A program made the translations under genes and the position numbers. Source: an uncultured delta proteobacterium (lineage in GTDB: Bacteria; Myxococcota_A; Polyangia; Haliangiales; Haliangiaceae). From it: a stretch of DNA of 64,000 nucleotides. This document shows positions 61,708-64,000 of this stretch, piece by piece. Location of the stretch: the NCBI GenBank assembly GCA_963848295.1, contig CAWKDB010000011.1, positions 32,001 to 96,000 on the forward strand. The letters run 5' to 3'. Numbering within the stretch: the stretch's first letter is position 1; the number at the start of each line of letters is the position of its first letter. The notes beneath the pieces are model-generated. The model searched no databases. It worked only from the letters and a program-made list of their open reading frames with translations, and was not told where the DNA came from.

Positions 61708-63222
61708 ATGTCGCCGTGGGCTTGGCTAACCATCGGCTTCGCCGCATTCCTCGCGCTCGTTGCCGTGCACGACCTGACGCAGAAGCGCCATGCGATCCTG
61801 CGCAACTTCCCGATCGTCGGTCATTTCCGCTACTGGCTCGAAGCGATCGGGCCCGAGATCCGGCAATACATCGTCACCTCGAACGACGAGGAGCGGCCGT
61901 TCTCGCGCGATCAGCGGCGGTGGGTCTACTCGTCGGCGAAGAAGGAGAACAACTACTTCGGGTTCGGCACCGACAACGACATCGAACGCCCCGGCTACAT
62001 CTTGATCCGCCACAGCGCGTTTCCGATCCACGTGCCACACCCCGGCGAGCACGGACACGATCCGTCGTACAAGCTGCCGTGCATCCGCGTGCTCGGCGGC
62101 TATCGCGAACGCAAGCTCGCGTTCCGGCCGACGTCGATCGTCAACACGTCCGCGATGAGCTACGGGTCGCTGTCGTCGTCGGCGGTCGAGGCGATCAACC
62201 GCGGCGTCGAGCTGGCGGGTGCGCTCCAGAACACCGGCGAAGGCGGCATCTGCGAATTCCACCGCAAGGGCGGCGAGATCATCTGGCAGATCGGCACCGG
62301 CTACTTCGGCTGCCGCAACGCGAACGGCTCGTTCTCGATCGAGCGCTTCCTCGAGTCGGTCGCATCGGCGAAGGTCCGCGCGATCGAGATCAAGCTGTCG
62401 CAAGGCGCGAAGCCCGGGCTCGGCGGCGTCCTCCCTGCGGCGAAGGTCACGCCGGAGATCGCGAAGATCCGCGGCATCCCTCTCGCGAAGGACTGCATCT
62501 CACCGGCGCAGCACTCCGCGTTCTCCGACACGTCGAGCATGCTCGACTTCATCGAGATGATCGCCGATCGCACGGGCTTGCCGGTCGGGATCAAGAGCGC
62601 GGTCGGCGACCTCGGGTTCTGGCGCGACCTCGCCCAGCAGATGGGCAAGACCCATCGCGGTCCAGACTTCGTCACGATCGACGGCGGCGAAGGCGGCACC
62701 GGTGCGGCACCGCTCGTGTTCACCGATCACGTCGCGCTGCCGTTTCGGCTCGGCTTCACCGAGGTCTATCGCACGTTCGCGGAAGAAGGCGTGCAGCATC
62801 AGGTCGTGTTCATCGGCTCGGGCAAGCTCGGATTCCCGGAGAGTGCGCTGCTCGCGATCGGCCTGGGCTGTGACCTCGTCAACGTCGCGCGCGAAGCGAT
62901 GATGTCGATCGGCTGCATCCAGGCGCAGCGCTGCCATACCGGCCGCTGCCCGACCGGCGTGGCCACGCAGAACAGGTGGCTCATGCGCGGGCTCGATCCG
63001 ACGCTGAAGTCCGCACGGCTCGCGAACTACCTCGCGACGCTACGCAAGGACCTGACCAACCTCGCCGCCGCCTGTGGTCAGCCGCATCCGTCTCTCGTCC
63101 CGCTCGACTCGCTCGCGATCGTGCAAGACAACGGCGTGACCTCGGCGCGCGAGTTCTACCGCTATCAGGCCGACTGGGGCTTGCCACCCGCCGCCGACGC
63201 CGCCGCTCATCGCGCGGCATAG
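61708..63222 (+). CDS. FMN-binding glutamate synthase family protein
   Basis: [46 protein letters not shown]...CPTGVATQ. Confidence 0.93.
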   Translation: MSPWAWLTIGFAAFLALVAVHDLTQKRHAILRNFPIVGHFRYWLEAIGPEIRQYIVTSNDEERPFSRDQRRWVYSSAKKENNYFGFGTDNDIERPGYILIRHSAFPIHVPHPGEHGHDPSYKLPCIRVLGGYRERKLAFRPTSIVNTSAMSYGSLSSSAVEAINRGVELAGALQNTGEGGICEFHRKGGEIIWQIGTGYFGCRNANGSFSIERFLESVASAKVRAIEIKLSQGAKPGLGGVLPAAKVTPEIAKIRGIPLAKDCISPAQHSAFSDTSSMLDFIEMIADRTGLPVGIKSAVGDLGFWRDLAQQMGKTHRGPDFVTIDGGEGGTGAAPLVFTDHVALPFRLGFTEVYRTFAEEGVQHQVVFIGSGKLGFPESALLAIGLGCDLVNVAREAMMSIGCIQAQRCHTGRCPTGVATQNRWLMRGLDPTLKSARLANYLATLRKDLTNLAAACGQPHPSLVPLDSLAIVQDNGVTSAREFYRYQADWGLPPAADAAAHRAA

Positions 63223-63245
63223 TAGAATGCGCTAACGTCGCCGCG

Positions 63246-63815
63246 ATGGCCTCCAGCGACGTCTTGGTCTGGCTCGACATGGAGATGACCGGGCTCGATC
63301 CCGAGCGCGAGAAGATCATCGAGATGGCGACGATTCTCACCGACGGCGAGCTCAACGAGCTCGCGATCGGCCCCGATGTCGTGATCCATCAGCCGGACGA
63401 CGTGCTCGCCGCGATGGACGACTGGAACACGAAGCATCACGGTGCCTCCGGCCTGACCGAACGCGTACGAACCTCGACGATCACGACCGCCGACGCCGAG
63501 GCGCAGACGATCGCGTTCATCAACCTCCACGTCTCCGCGAAGGACCGCCCGGTGCTGGCCGGTAACTCGATCCATCAGGATCGTAGGTTCGTGCGCCGAT
63601 ACATGCCGGCGTTCGAGCTTCGCCTGCACTACCGGATGGTCGATGTCTCGACGGTCAAAGAGCTCGCGCGGCGCTGGTATCCGCAAGTCGCGAACAAGCA
63701 ACCGCAGAAGAAAGAGACCCATCGCGCCCTCGACGACATCCGCGAGTCGATCGACGAGCTGCGGTTCTATCGAGCGCACATCTTCGCGCCCAGGGCGCCC
63801 AGGCCGGCGCCGTGA
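63246..63815 (+). CDS. orn: Oligoribonuclease
   Basis: [43 protein letters not shown]. Confidence 0.96.
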   Translation: MASSDVLVWLDMEMTGLDPEREKIIEMATILTDGELNELAIGPDVVIHQPDDVLAAMDDWNTKHHGASGLTERVRTSTITTADAEAQTIAFINLHVSAKDRPVLAGNSIHQDRRFVRRYMPAFELRLHYRMVDVSTVKELARRWYPQVANKQPQKKETHRALDDIRESIDELRFYRAHIFAPRAPRPAP

Positions 63816-64000
63816 AAGACACGCTCGCGATGATCATGGCCGGCGGCAAGGGCGCGCGGCTCGGGCCGCTGACCATCCACCGCTCCAAGCCCGGGGTCCC
63901 GTTCGCCGGTCGCTACCGGATCATCGACTTCGTGCTGTCGAACTTCGTGAACTCCGGCTACCGCCGGATCTACGTGCTGACGCAGTATATGTCGTCGAGC
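63812..64000 (+). CDS. glgC: Glucose-1-phosphate adenylyltransferase, N-terminal part (truncated by window edge)
   Basis: [34 protein letters not shown]...IYVLTQY. Confidence 0.93.
   Translation, partial: MKDTLAMIMAGGKGARLGPLTIHRSKPGVPFAGRYRIIDFVLSNFVNSGYRRIYVLTQYMSSS

Overview
High-GC bacterial chromosome segment, most likely Myxococcota (inferred from Ser/Thr kinases, FHA-GAF sigma54 activator, PEGA/TPR proteins, AgmX-like protein and many Cys-rich lipoproteins). Most of the window is core genome: mlaEFD-alr, thiSGE, surE, infC/rpmI/rplT/pheST/ihfA, a DEAD-box helicase, uvrA, efp-epmA, orn, glgC and four tRNAs (Thr, Arg, Pro, Val). Several essential genes are frameshifted, which points to assembly indel errors. 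The main discovery is an ~11.7 kb element integrated at tRNA-Arg(CCT), bounded by a perfect 51-bp direct repeat (14422-14472 / 26101-26151). All its genes lie on one strand: integrase, DUF4258/MqsA-like toxin-antitoxin pair, AlpA-like HTH, primase, VapE ATPase, an iteron-type origin, TerS-like, TerL with a broken Walker A lysine, and an XkdF-type prohead protease fused to a scaffold-like tail. I see no capsid, portal, tail or lysis gene, so it looks like a phage satellite with an unusual packaging module. Secondary highlights are a split (heterodimer-like) ThiF/MoeB E1 pair next to an in-frame JAB-LarE ORF, and many host genes with a -10 box 6-7 nt before the start codon (leaderless-type). All assignments are from motif recognition by eye; no database searches were run.
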